Positions 37,974 through 50,858 of a stretch of 64,000 nt of DNA are shown piece by piece. The translations under genes were made by a program, and so were the position numbers. Under the pieces are notes generated by a model. That model was not told where the DNA came from, ran no database searches, and was given only the letters and a program-made list of their open reading frames with translations. The DNA is from Mustelus asterias (Eukaryota), in NCBI RefSeq assembly GCF_964213995.1, contig NC_135815.1, positions 54,932,001 to 54,996,000 on the forward strand. The letters are read 5' to 3'. Position 1 is the stretch's first letter; each line of letters opens with the position of its first letter.

Positions 37974-38949
37974 TAAGAAGTCTCACAACACCAGGTTAAA
38001 GTCCAACAGGTTTATTTGATAGCAAACGCCACTAGCTTTCGGAGCGCTGCCCCTTCGTCCGGTGAGTGGGAGATCTGTTCACAAACAGGGCATATAAAGA
38101 CACAAACTCAATTTACAGAATAATGATTGGAATGCAAGTCTTTACAGCTAATCAAGTCTTAAAGGTACAGACAATGTGAGTGGAGAGAGCATTAAGCACA
38201 GGTTAAAGAGATGTGTATTGTCTCTGGACAGGACAGTTAGTGAGATTTTGCAAGTCCAGGCAAGTCGTGGGGGTTACAGATAGTGTGACATGAACCCAAG
38301 ATCCCAGTTGAGGCCGTCCTCATGTGTGCGGAACTTGGCTATCAGTCTCTACTCAGCGACTCTGCGTTGTCGTGTGTCATGAAAGCCACCTTGGAGAACG
38401 CTTACCCGAAGATCAGAGGCCGAATGCCCATGACCGCTGAAGTGTTCCCCAACAGGAAGAGAACAGTCTTGCCTGGTGATTGTCGAGTGGTATTCATTCA
38501 TCCGTTGTCGTAGCGTCTGCATGGTTTCCCCAATGTACCATGCCTCGGGCCATCCTTTCCTGCAGGTAGACAACGTTGGCTGAGTTGCAAGAGTATGTAC
38601 CATGTACCTGGTGGATGGTGTTCTCACGTGAGATGATGGCATCCATGTCGATGACCCGGCACGTCTTGCAGAGGTTGCTGTGGCAGGGTTGTGTGGTGTT
38701 GTGGTCACTGTTCTCCTGAAGGCTGGGTAGTTTGCTGCGGACAATGGTCTGTTTGAGCTTGTGCGGTTGTTTGAAGGCAAGACGTGGGGGTGTGGGGATG
38801 TCCTTGGCGAGATGTTCGTCTTCATCATTGACCCGTTGAAGGTTCCGGAGGAGATGTCGTAGCTTCTCTGCTCCGGGGAAGTACTGGACGACGAAGGGTA
38901 CTCTGTCCACCGTGTCCCGTGTTTGTCTTCTGAGGAGGTCGGTGCGGTT
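37974..38949 (-). mobile_element. Penelope-like element 3' part (RT thumb/linker, GIY-YIG endonuclease, pLTR)
   Basis: DRVPFVVQY, CKTC, YSCNSANVVY, WYIGETMQTLRQRMNE, VGEHFS motifs. TSD ttaagcatgg (37964-73 / 38950-59). Confidence 0.92.
38020..38070 (-). ncRNA. Hammerhead ribozyme motif in the Penelope pLTR (core mutated)
   Basis: Minus strand cacCGGACGA-aggggcagcgctcc-GAAA-gctagtgg. One mismatch to the CUGANGA core. Confidence 0.55.
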
Positions 38950-39320
38950 TTAAGCATGGCCATCTCAGGTCAGATATCACTTGGTTCTAATATGTTCTAA
39001 CTCTCCTCAGCTTGGCTATACCAGAAATTCAACTCCTAATAGAATCCTTCAATTGACAGGAGTTTTAATTATTTTAACCAACACCCAGATCAATTGAATT
39101 CTACTGAAAAAGATTGTATTCCAGCTTGTTCTAATCTCTCAAATTAAATCGCTTGAACTGAAAAACAACCCCAGGAATCTACTCACCACAATAATTAACT
39201 TCTCAACCATTGTTTCCTCCTGTTTATCTCTAGGGGCAACCTGATCCCAGCCATTTTGTTCAACAAAAAATCAGGTCCTAGTTCTCAAAAGGATCACCAC
39301 CCCATATAAAATAGAGGTTT

Positions 39321-40765
39321 CATAGAACATAGAACATAGAACATTACAGCGCAGAACAGGCCCTTCGGCCCACGATGTTGCACCGACCAGTTAAAAAAAA
39401 ACTGTGACCCTCCAACCTAAACCAATTTCTTTTCGTCCATGAACCTATCTACGGATCTCTTAAACGCCCCCAAACTAGGCGCATTTACTACTGATGCTGG
39501 CAGGGCATTCCAATCCCTCACCACCCTCTGGGTAAAGAACCTACCCCTGACATCGGTTCTATAACTACCCCCCCTCAATTTAAAGCCATGCCCCCTCGTG
39601 CTGGATTTCTCCATCAGAGGAAAAAGGCTATCACTATCCACCCTATCTAAACCTCTAATCATCTTATATGTTTCAATAAGATCCCCTCTTAGCCGCCGCC
39701 TTTCCAGCGAAAACAATCCCAAATCCCTCAGCCTCTCCTCATAGGATCTCCCCTCCATACCAGGCAACATCCTGGTAAACCTCCTCTGCACCCTCTCCAA
39801 AGCCTCCACATCCTTCCTGTAATGTGGGGACCAGAACTGCACACAGTACTCCAAGTGCGGCCGCACCAGAGTTGTGTACAGTTGCAACATAACGCTACGA
39901 CTCCTAAATTCAATCCCCCTACCAATAAACGCCAAGACACCATATGCCTTCTTAACAACCTTATCTACTTGATTCCCAACTTTCAGGGATCTATGCACAC
40001 ATACACCTAGATCCCTCTGCTCCTCCACACTATTCAAAGTCCTCCCGTTAGCCCTATACTCAACACAACTGTTATTCCTACCAAAGTGAATTACCTCACA
40101 CTTCTCCGCATTAAACTCCATCCGCCACCTCTCGGCCCAACTTTGCAACCTGTCTAAGTCTTCCTGCAGACTACGACACCCTTCCTCACTGTCTACCACA
40201 CCACCGACTTTGGTGTCATCAGCAAATTTGCTAATCCACCCAATTATACCCTCATCCAGATCATTAATAAATATTACAAACAGCAGTGGCCCCAAAACAG
40301 ATCCCTGAGGTACACCACTTGTAACCGCACTCCATGATGAATATTTACTATCAACCACCACCCTCTGTTTCCTATCCGCTAGCCAATTCCTGATCCAATT
40401 TCCTAGATCACCCCCAATCCCATACATCTGCATTTTCTGCAGAAGCCTACCATGGTGAACCTTATCAAACGCCTTACTAAAATCCATATATACCACGTCC
40501 ACTGCCTTGCCCCCATCCACCTCCTTGGTCACTTTCTCAAAAAACTCAATAAGGTTAGTAAGGCACGATCTACCTGCCACAAAACCATGCTGACTATCAC
40601 CTATCAATTCATTACTCTCCAAATAACTATAAATCCTATCCCTTATAATTTTTTCCAACATCTTGCCGACAACAGAAGTGAGACTCACCGGTCTATAATT
40701 CCCGGGGAAGTCTCTGTTCCCCTTCTTAAACAATGGGACAACATTCGCTAACCTCCAATCTTCTG
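39321..40765 (-). mobile_element. Young 5'-truncated CR1 LINE (distinct subfamily)
   Basis: Uninterrupted RT-to-C-terminus frame; tail (ttctatg)n. Confidence 0.95.
39417..40733 (-). CDS. CR1 ORF2 RT domain, open 438 aa, N-terminally truncated
   Basis: NYRPVSLTS, QHGF, YMDFSKAFD, GVPQGSVLGP, FADD, RPHLEYCVQFWSP. Confidence 0.8.
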   Translation of the reverse strand: MFKKGNRDFPGNYRPVSLTSVVGKMLEKIIRDRIYSYLESNELIGDSQHGFVAGRSCLTNLIEFFEKVTKEVDGGKAVDVVYMDFSKAFDKVHHGRLLQKMQMYGIGGDLGNWIRNWLADRKQRVVVDSKYSSWSAVTSGVPQGSVLGPLLFVIFINDLDEGIIGWISKFADDTKVGGVVDSEEGCRSLQEDLDRLQSWAERWRMEFNAEKCEVIHFGRNNSCVEYRANGRTLNSVEEQRDLGVCVHRSLKVGNQVDKVVKKAYGVLAFIGRGIEFRSRSVMLQLYTTLVRPHLEYCVQFWSPHYRKDVEALERVQRRFTRMLPGMEGRSYEERLRDLGLFSLERRRLRGDLIETYKMIRGLDRVDSDSLFPLMEKSSTRGHGFKLRGGSYRTDVRGRFFTQRVVRDWNALPASVVNAPSLGAFKRSVDRFMDEKKLV

Positions 40766-41039
40766 TTCCCCAAAACCCACAGTACCAAATTCACATCTCA
40801 TTGAAGCAGGAGCCAGCAGTGGTGGAAAGCTGGAAAGGGCAGAGTTGGCTGGAGGGCAAACTTGGGTCCAAGCATTTCGGAGGAAGGCAGAGATAGAGAC
40901 CTTAACCCTCTATTCTTCAAGAGAGCGATATTGGAATTGCACCAACAGAGAGTGAATGCCTTCACGTCCAGTCAAGGAAGTACTACGTTATGGTTGAGAG
41001 TATAGCATTCTCCACTTCTGGCAGTGCATTTTGTCCCCA

Positions 41040-42545
41040 GAATTCTGGTAAAATACAGCCTTTTGTTTCTGCATATCAGTCGAAAGCTGAATGTTGTCCA
41101 GATCTGGCTGCACGCAGGCACAAACTACTTCAGGATCTGAGGAATGTCAAGAACACAATGCAATCTTCAAAAATCATCCTCACTTGTGGCCTTTGTTATA
41201 ATTCAGATCAGAAACTCCAAAATGTTTTATGAAGTGCACCTGGATCATAAGTTTTGCACTTTGAATTTGGCTAGGGTGAGCAAGAGATATTTCACTTCAG
41301 ATATGATTCAAATGACCCACTAGGAAGCTTTTCTCAAACAAAGTTTATTTAAGAATATAGTTAACATGTTTGGAAAGAAAATTAGCAATTTTACCAATTA
41401 CAAACAAGAAAAAAACAATTTTAATATAGTATCGCCCTTAAGAGCTAAACATTGTTCCAATTAAACAAATCCCATAAACAAACCCTTTGCCACAGGTTTA
41501 ACACAGCAAAGACTAATGCTCACGTGATACTGCAATTTATTCCTTTGGTTGTATGTTGCAATTCTCTTGAGGCACACACAGACAAGTTTGGAGTCAGAAC
41601 AGCTTCAGCCCTTTGGTTGGAGAATTGAAACTCTGACTTCTCAACTTTGTAACTTCGAGCAGTCCTCTGGATACACCCAGAACAGTTTGAAGTCAGAACA
41701 GCTTACAGTTAAATAAAGTTTATTTATTAGTCACAAGTAAGGCTTACATTAACACTGCAATGAAGTTACTGTGAAATTCCCCTAATCACCACACTCCAGC
41801 GCCTGTTCAGGTCAATGTACCTAACCAGAACACCAGGGAGAGAGAGTCTCTAGGCAAGCCAACCACCAACACAGATTTTCCACTTCAGGAAGGCAAGAAG
41901 CCTTACTTTCAGCTAACCAGCAGAGTTTCCAATATCAGGCAGAGAGAGAAAGACACTGCTTTCAGTCTGAAGTCCACTCCCTTCTAAACTAAAACTGAAA
42001 ATGAATCCTTAGATTTTTCCCTGGGAAGGAACCACCTGACTTTGACTTGTCAAACAAACTTTCCCCTCACATTCCAAGGTCATAAAAGATCCCAGAATAA
42101 AAATAAACAAAACCCAATTCAAGCCATTGCAGTAGCAATAAAAGGACTTCTAGCAAACGGCCTGGCAACAATGAGAAAAAAGACTGAAAAGGTCTGCTTA
42201 TAACTGCAGAGAACATGATTCAGAAAAAAACTTCTTAAAGGCACACTAATGTCACACCTGATAATGGAGGAAAGGTCATTGATGAAGCTGCTGAAGACAT
42301 GAGGAACTCTTGCAGCTATGTTCTGGAACAGGGATGAATGGCCCCCAACAACTACAGCTATCTCCCTTTGTGCTAGGAAGGACTCCAACCAGTGGTCAGT
42401 TTTTCCCCCAATTCCCTTTGACTTCAGTTTTGCCAACGCTCCTTGAAGCTAAACCCTATACAGCATTGCCTTCATGTTAAGGGCAGTCGTTCTCACATTA
42501 CCTCTGCAATTCAGCGCTTTTGACCATTTTTGGACTAAGGCTTCC
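41040..42545 (-). mobile_element. Old fragment of the 6405-9457 LINE family, split by a solo LTR
   Basis: 41090-41190 and 42257-42545 align colinearly with 7190-7590. Confidence 0.7.
41194..42256 (-). mobile_element. Solo LTR (~1.06 kb, includes a SINE tail fragment at 41708-41830)
   Basis: TGTTATA...TGTCACA ends; tttatt poly(A) signal on the minus strand (~41345); approximate TSD cctt/cctg; interrupts a colinear LINE. Confidence 0.7.
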
Positions 42546-44100
42546 GCAAAGGAGAATGACAAAAATCTGTGTGTGACAATCACAGAGGAAATTTGCTGCT
42601 AGTGATAGCTGGTAAGATTCCAGCAAAAGCTGGTGAACTACATAGCAGAACATATACTGCCATAAAGTCAAAATGAGTTCAGGAAAGGTTGATGCACATG
42701 CAAAATGATCTCCATCCTTTGGTAATTACAAGAAAAATGGCGTAAACAGTAGAAAGCACTTTACAGTGCTTCTGTTGACCCCATGAAGGCTTTTGACACA
42801 ATAAATAGAGAGGTCTTGTGAAAAATCTTAGCCAAACTTGTGTCACAGATAGAATTGATGTATTTTTTTTTGTTGTCCATGATCAAAGTGCTTTAATATT
42901 TGAGGTTAGTGTGCTTCTTATCCTCAAGGTGGTTTGACCCCATTTAAATTATCCAGCAGCATGCTTTTATGAATTTAAAAATAAAGAAGGTTTTTATTAT
43001 CACACACGTGCCCCAGAGGTTTAAATGTGATGTCTCACATACAATATCACACACACACACACACAAAAATTAGATACAGATGGAGGGAAAAAAACATACA
43101 ATTACAATTTGGAATTATTCCAGTCCCTTTTGTATCAGTCTTGTAGTTTCTTAAATGAGTTGGTGCTTTAGCTGGAGTGGAGGCCTTGTAAAAGCAAAAG
43201 GTTCTCAGTAAGCTATGGTTTCTTGTAGCTGAATTGCTTGGAGGTAAGCTTTCAGGTGAACTTGAAGTTGGAACCGATTAAGGGGAGAGCCTTCTCCCAC
43301 TTCCAAGGTGTGACTGCATATTACCTTGACTAATAGTTGTCTTGCAGCTGGTTTGATGGCTTGGATTCTAATACCATCAGCTTCTGCTGATATTTATTAA
43401 AGCGAGTAACAAACTTAGCTGCCTTACCCATGTGACTTGTTAGAAGTCCAAGTCCTTTTTCAAATAAGGTAGTGTGCTAGACCAGTAAACATCCTGTGTT
43501 GTGACTTTTCACACCCTGAGAGCTTCAGATAGCCAAGGTCTTTGTGTTTGCGCTGAGGAGCCATCACAATAGAATGAAAGGTCGATGAGATCCCTTTCAT
43601 ATTCTTCTAAGAACCATTGAGTTGCGATGTGCCTATTATCTATGGTGAAGCAGAGAGATGCGTCAGCTGGCGTGTTATATTCCTTTCTGTTGATGGTCCA
43701 TCCTTAATAAAGGAGTGTGTGAATTTATTTTAATTATGTACCCGTTTGAGTTTGAGGGTTGTCTGGGGCTGAATACTGTCAAGTCAAATAAAATACTATC
43801 TGAAACTGCTTTTTGATATCTTTTTTTTAAATATCACTTTAAAATTTGCAATTCTTCAAGCCTGGATTGGGCATGATACTTGGGTGTCATGATAGAGCCG
43901 TAAATCTGACACAGCAGTTTCATGATACAGTGACAGCCAGAGTCATTGACCGTGGTGAATACACTAACCCCTTTGACACAACAAGTGATCTAAAGCAGGC
44001 GTGTACTTCGGCCCTGTGTTCTTCAGTATATTCTTTGCTGCCATGCTTTCTGGGTATTTAATGGAAATGTTAATGGAATATATATCCAATTCAGAACAGA
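42545..44100 (+). mobile_element. Decayed RTE-clade RT fragment split by a solo LTR
   Basis: KAFDTINREVL.KILAKL|GC....NLTQQFHD..TARV...KQAC..FFSIFFAAML. Confidence 0.75.
42841..43878 (-). mobile_element. Solo LTR (~1.04 kb)
   Basis: Starts TGTCAC and ends catgata (likely mutated CA). 4-bp TSD cttg (42837-40 / 43879-82) splits the RTE codons KL|GC. Confidence 0.75.
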
Positions 44101-44109
44101 TAGCAACCT

Positions 44110-45060
44110 TGGCTGGCAGAGGAGCTGGAACCAATGCAGTTGGTGATCTTTTACCTAATCCACCTCCTCACATCCCATGTCCTCCTCACCCCACAATCAC
44201 TTCTGGTTTACCCCACTTTCCCTCACTTCAACTCTACTCTTGCGTTTTTCTCCTTTCAGATACCCAAGGACAGCCAACTGGGCAAGCAGCGGCACAGGAG
44301 CAGGAAGTTCAAGAGCATCAGGAGATTGATGATAATGCAACACTGTCCCTTGATTGCACACTCGCAGCCAGCAGCTCAGATTCTGGCACAGTGAGTTCAT
44401 TAATGGGTAGCATAGAGGCAGGATTGGCATATGTTCAATCATGAGGTACAAATAGTCTGTAGCCCAGGCAGAGGGAAGTATTGTATAGGGGTTGCATCTC
44501 CCCAGAGGCTCAGATTGCACACAGGTCTCGCTCCAGAGGACTCGCATGAGAGTTTTGATGCTGTGGCATACAGAAATAGGCTGACAAACATGTGCAATGA
44601 AACTCTTGATGCATCAGCAGGCTTGCCAGAAAGGCTGTTGCCACAGTCAAGAAGCATGGGAGAGTCTAGTCCCAACATGGTGCAGGGCTTTGCAGAGACA
44701 TTGGAGGCCATCTTTTCTGAGGTGGAAGTGGTGGCCAATTCCAATAGAACATTTGCAGATTCAATCATCATGCAGCATCTGGAGGTCAATGTCCCAGCTT
44801 CTATTGTCGTAAAGAGTAGAAGTCATCCAAAATCTGAGTGCTGCCATGGAAACAAAGACTGTTGCCATCATGATTGTGAAGACCATTGTTTAAAGGGGCA
44901 TGCACTCTCACAAGGCTCTTATAACAGCCCAGTAATCGGGTCTCCAACAGATTACTCAGATCGCTAAGGTACTGCCACAGGAAAATTGTCTCACAAGATG
45001 ACAGCACTTTTTGCTCCCACCATTGCCACTCCACCAGTGCCCATACTGCTGTCTACTATT
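44110..45060 (+). pseudogene. Probable Harbinger accessory (Myb/SANT-type) gene relic
   Basis: Pyrimidine tract plus AG acceptor at ~44259, followed by decayed low-complexity coding-like sequence. No diagnostic domain seen. Confidence 0.3.
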
Positions 45061-45064
45061 AGAA

Positions 45065-46040
45065 ATATTGACCTTTATTGCAAGATGGATGGAGTATCAG
45101 AGTAAGGAAATCTTGCCACAGCTGTAGAGGGCATTGGTGCGACTTCACCGAGAGCATTGTGTATAGTTTTGGTCTCCTCACTTTGAGGGAAATATTTGCA
45201 TTGAAAGTAGCCCAGAGGAGATTCACTAGACTGATTCCTGGGATGAAGGGATTGTCACGGGGGAAAAGATTGATCAGTTTGGGTCTTTTCTCATTGGAGT
45301 TTAGAAGAATGAAAGGTGATCTTCTTGTGACGTATATGATTCTGAAGGGGTTAATAGATGCTGAAAGGTTGTTTCCCCTCATAAGGAAATCTAGAACTAG
45401 AGAGTCCATTTAGTTCGGAGATGAGAGGGAATTTCTTCCAGGATTGATATTTGCAATTCTCTTGCCCATGGAGCAGAGAAAGCTGGGCCATTGAATATAT
45501 TCAAGCTTGGATTAGTCAGATTTGTCAGGGTTATGGGTAGTGTTGCCAACTGTGATTGAATATATTCCTGGAGGTTTCATTACATGATCTGCACTCACAC
45601 TCCAGCCATTCATCAGCCAACACATCCATCCTTGTGACGCACCACCTTCCTACCAACTGGAAAATAGAAAGGCCCATTACCCAACTGGATAATGCAGGAT
45701 TGTCAGTCACATAGTCTTTTCAAGATTTTCCCATTTCAAAATTTTTCTCTCTCGTCAAGAGAATTGTTCAATGAATATTTTTGAAAAAACTATCTTTTTA
45801 AATGTTCCAATGATTTTCTCCAGGATCACAAGCAGCAGCATCCTGGAAATTGATCTTCAATTCCTGGAGACTCCAGATCAATCCTGAAGCAATGGCAAAC
45901 TTCATTAATGGGGGCAGGCAGCAAAGTGGACTTAAGGGCACAATCAGATCAATCAGCCAGGATCTTATTAAATGGCACAGCAAGCTTATGGGGCCAAATG
46001 TCCTACTGCTGCTCTGATTTCTTATGATGTTATGATCTTA
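45065..46040 (+). mobile_element. Old CR1 3' fragment with an internal insertion (~45538-45903)
   Basis: QRRFTRLIPGMKGL..LGLFSLEFRRMKGDL, with the CR1 tail at 45940-46040. Confidence 0.8.
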
Positions 46041-46200
46041 GCTCCAAGTCAGCAAGCACAAACTGCTCTTGCACAAAGTTAGCATGGAGATGATGAGCCA
46101 AATAGCCTCTTTGTGTGTTGTACTCACTCTGTGATTCATGAAAAATCAACAAACCATGTTGGCAATAGTGCTGCTTAGTAGCACAATGTTAATTGTGTTT

Positions 46201-46560
46201 CTTTTTATTCATTCATGAAACATGGGCGTCGCTGGCTAGCCAGCATTTATTGCCCACCCTAGTTGCCCTTGGAGGACACTTGAGAGTTAACCATATCTCT
46301 GTAGCTCCGGAGTCACATGTAGGTTAGACCAGGTAAGGACAGCAGATATCCTTCCTTATAGGACTTTAGTGAACCAGATGGGCTTTTCCAAAATCGACAA
46401 TGGTTTCATGGCCATCGGTAGATTCTTAATTGCAGGTTTTTTTATTGAATACAAATTCCACCATCTACCGTGGTGGGATTTGAACCCAGGTCCCCAGAAC
46501 ATTAACTGAGTTTCTAGATGAATAGTCTAGCGATAATACCACTAGGCATCACCTCCCCGA
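46201..46560 (-). mobile_element. Deu-SINE (SacSINE1-like) inside the 5' LTR
   Basis: Reverse-complement match to 25760-26120. Confidence 0.88.
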
Positions 46561-47704
46561 GGGAAGTTAATTGTATATTAATTGTGTTTAAATGTATCCA
46601 GGTGCGAGGCATTAACATGGCATTCACTTAAGCCCCTATGAATAGATGGATAGAGATTGAAACTATGGTTCTTGGGTTGGGAAGTAGATGCTTGTCGTAA
46701 GTAACTCTATAATTAATTGGAAACATGTGTAAAAATTGGCTGCAGTTCTGTGTATCACCAATTGGCTTATTCGAATAGATTGTGGCAGCAGAGAATGGTT
46801 GCCTAAAGGTGAAGATTGAAAGCTAAGTACATTTTTTAAAAATCAGATAGGAAAGTACAATCGTAGTAGTGATTGTAAAAAATGGCAGAAAGCAAGTGTA
46901 AGTTGTTGGGGTATGATTACACTCTGACATTCAAAGTGTTACATCACCATATGACCAGCGGAAGAATGAAGTGGATATGTGGACACAGGTTGTGTCACTA
47001 CCAAAGAGAAAACAAGGTATGCCCTTGGTGTTGATGCTTCCTACCAACAATAAAGCATTTTGTGAGCTGAATTCCCATCAGTTGGATATGACTTTCTATT
47101 AGAGTTCTGGGAAAACATTTACCAGGCAAATGATCTGTTAAATGCCCGTGAGGCATAGTTAACTTTGGATAGATTCCAAAAAATGATGGTTATTCCGTGG
47201 AAGAATGTACCCTGGATTTTAATGGCCCACATGAAAGATGGCTAAAATTAATTTGGGAAACCTCAATCAGTACCAGAATTACATGCTGAGTTGGTGTCTC
47301 AAACGGGCAGGCTGCTGGTTCTAATTGATGCTCAGTTTACAACAAAGAAGAAGACTCTAGATCAGACGTCAAGAGTTTTGTAAAAGATTTTGGGGAAACT
47401 ATTGTTTCTTCTAACTTTCATGGGGTAAGTGGAACATTTCACAAAGATTTTGAAATGGTTCAGATACTGGACACAGACAGCAATATGATGGAAGGGTTAA
47501 AGACAGACAAAATGAGGGTGATAACAACTTTAGCAGGTCTGGTTTATGATAAAAGGAAGAATTGAAACAGCAACTATGGACTAATGAATCTTTGGAATGT
47601 CCAAGCAACAGATAATAGGTGTTTCAGATGTAAGGGAGTGAAGAGTTATGAGGGTACGGCAGGAAAATGGAGTTGAGGATCATCGTATCAGATCAGTCAG
47701 AATC

Positions 47705-48306
47705 TCATAGAGTCATAGAGGTTTACAGCATGGAAACAGGCCCTTCGGCCCAACATGTTGATCCTTAAGAGGCCCTACTCTCTCCCTTGTTACTCTTTTG
47801 CCCTTTATGTATTTGTAGAAGCTCTTTGGATTCTCCTTTGCCTTATCTGCCAAAACAATTTCGTGTCCCCTTTTTGCCCTCCTGATTTCTCTCTTAACTC
47901 TACTCCTACATCCCCTATACTCTTTGAGAGATTCACTTGATCCCAGCTGCCTATGCATGTCATGTGCCTCTTTCTTCTTCTTGACCAGGGCCTCAATATC
48001 CCGAGTCATCCAGGGTCCCCGACTTCTGCCAGCCTTGCCCTTCACACTAAGAGGAATGTGTTTACCCTGAACCTTGGTTAACACACTTTTGAAAGCATGC
48101 CACTTACCAGACATCCCTTTGCTTTCCCACAGACTCCCCCAATTAACCTTTGAAAGTTCCTGCCTGATACCATCAAAATTGGCCTTGCCCCAATTTAGAA
48201 TTTTAACTTTTGGGACAGACCTATCATTCTCCATAACTATCTTAAAACTAATAGAATTATGGTCACTGGTCCCAAAGTGATCCCTCACTAACACTTCTGC
48301 CACCTG
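47705..48306 (-). mobile_element. CR1 insertion: 3' tail fused directly to an internal ORF2 segment
   Basis: 47705-47754 is the tail, and 47755-48306 matches 16305-16856. It sits inside an older CR1 tail (47630-48362). Confidence 0.9.
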
Positions 48307-48815
48307 TGGAGCTGATTCAATGGGCCGAATGGCCTACTTCTATTCCTACGTCTTATGGTCTCAAAGTATTAAGATGCAATAAACTGTCCAAAGCAATAAG
48401 AGGCATGGTCTTCAAGAATACACATGACACAAAGATTTCTGATGAACAAGGTGAAGATAATGATGAATCTGAATAAATTATACTGCACGCCAGGAATTTT
48501 AGTCCTGTGTTAATTTTCTTGTTGCAGGTTCATTTAACTATGCAGTGCTAGATAGTGCTTGCACTTCAACAGTATTTGGAATTGATTAGTTGAAATTACC
48601 TTGATTCACCTTGTAGTGAGGATAGTTGCAAGGATATGGAATATAGAAGTAGTATGTGCTTTGGATTTGGTGATGATAATACATCAAGGTTGCTAAATAG
48701 AGTGGTAATTCCATGTAAAATAGTTGGTGTAAGCCATTTTATAAGTACTTATATAATCTCTGGTGAGATACCTATGCTCTTGAATATATCTCCAAAATTA
48801 AATGAGTAGATGCAA

Positions 48816-50858
48816 GTCATAGAGTCATAGAGGTTTACAGCATGGAAACAGGCCCTTCGGCCCAACTTGTCCATGCTGCCCCTTTTTTAACCCCTAAGCT
48901 GGTCCCAATTGCCCACATTTGGCCCATATCCCTCTATACCCATTTTACCCATGTAACTGTCTAAACGCTTTTTAAAAGACAAAATTGTACCCGCCTCTGC
49001 TACTACCTCTGGCAGCTTGTTCCAGACACTCACCACCCTCTGTGTGAAAAGATTGCCTCTCTGGACCCTTTTGTATCTCTCCCCTCTCACCTTAAACCTA
49101 TGCTGTCTAGTTTTAGTCCTCTACCTTTGGGAAAAGATATTGACGATCTAGCTGATCTATGTCCCTCATTATTTTATAGACCTCTATAAGATCACCCATC
49201 AGCCTCCTACCCTCCAGAGAAAAAAGTCCCAGTCTATCCAGGCTCTCCTTATAATTCAAACCATCAAGTCTCGGTAGCATCCTAGTAAATCTTTTCTGCG
49301 CTCTTTCTAGTTTAATAATATCCTTTCTACAATAGGGTGACCAGAACTGTACACAGTATTCCAAGTGTGGCCTTACCAATGGCTTGTACAACTTCAACAA
49401 GACGTCCCAACTCCTATATTCAATGTTCTGACCAACGAAACCAAGCATGCCGAATGCCTTCTTCACCACTCTGTCCACCTGTGACTCCACTTTCAAGGAG
49501 CTATGAACCTGTACCCTAGATCTCTTTGTTCCATAACTCTCCCCAACGCCCTACTATTAACTGTGTAAGTCCTGCCCTGGTTCGATTGACCAAAATGCAT
49601 CGCCTTGCATTTATCTAAATTAAACTCCATCAACCATTTGTCAGCCCACTGGCCCAATTGATCAAGATCCCGTTGCAATCCTAGATAACCTTCTTCACTG
49701 TCCACTATGCCACCAATCTTGGTGTCATCTTCAAACTTACTAACCATGCCTTCTAAATCATTAATATAAATGACAAATAACAGTGGACCCAGCACTGATT
49801 CCTGAGGCACACCGCTGGTCACAGGCCTCCAGTTTGAAAGACAACCCTCTACAACCACCCTCTGGCTTTTGTCATCAAGTCAATTTTGTATCTATTTGGC
49901 TACCTCATCCTGGATCCCATGAGATTTAACCTTATGCAACAACCTACCATGTGGTACCTTGTCAAAGGCCTTGCTAAAGTCCATGTAGACAACATCAACT
50001 GCACTGCCCTCATCTACCTTCTTGGTTACCCCTTCAAAAAACTCAATCAAATTTATGAGACATGACTTTCCACTCACAAAGCCATGCTGACTGTCCCTAA
50101 TCAGTCCTTGAGTCTCTAAATGCCTGTAGATTCTATCTCTCAAAATACTTTCTCATAACTTACCCACTACAGATGTGAGGCTCATCAGTCTGTTGTTTCC
50201 AGGCTTTTCCCTGCAGTCCTTCTCAAACAAAGGCACAACATTCGCCACCCTCCAATCTTCAGGCACCTCACCCGTGACTATCGATGATTCAAATATCTCT
50301 GCTAGGGGACCCGCAATTTCCTCTCTAGCCTCCCACAATGTCCTGAGATAAACCTCATCAGGTCCTGGGGATTTATCTACCTTGATGTGCTTTAAGACTT
50401 CCAGCATCTCTTTCTCTGTAATATGTACACTCCTCAAGACATCACTATTTATTTCCCCAAGTTCCCTAACATCCATGCTTTTCTCAACAGTGAATACTCA
50501 TGAGAAATATTCATTTAGGATCTCAAACATCTCTTGTGGATCCGCACATAGGTGACCTTGTTGATCCCTAAGAGGTCCCACTCTCTCCTTAGTTATTCTT
50601 TTGCCCTTTATGTATTTGTAGAAGCTCTCCTTTGCCTTATCTGCCAAAACAATCTCATGTCCCTTTTTGCCCTCCTGATTTCTCTCTTAGCTCTACTCCT
50701 ACACCCTCTATACTCTTCAAGGGATCCACTTGATCCCAGCTACCTATGCATGTCATGTGCCTCCTTCTTCTTCTTGACCAGGGCCTCAATATCCCGAGTC
50801 ATCCAGGGCTCCCTACGTCTACCAGCCTTGTCCTTCACTCTAAGAGGAATGTGCTTCC
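48816..50858 (-). mobile_element. HER1/CR1 LINE, 5'-truncated and disrupted
   Basis: Same subfamily as 14196-18012; RT motifs across several broken ORFs. Confidence 0.95.

Larger units (their letters stand above)
37340..40800 (-). mobile_element. Probable long solo LTR, interrupted by a MITE, a Penelope element and a CR1
   Basis: Composition and organisation are similar to the solo LTRs at 41194 and 42841 (cagccattttg motif at ~39248). Boundaries and TSD not resolved. Confidence 0.35.

Noticed and set aside
44431-44967. 178-aa ORF as a host gene
   Set aside because: No recognisable host domain, embedded among repeats, and resembles decayed transposon accessory sequence.
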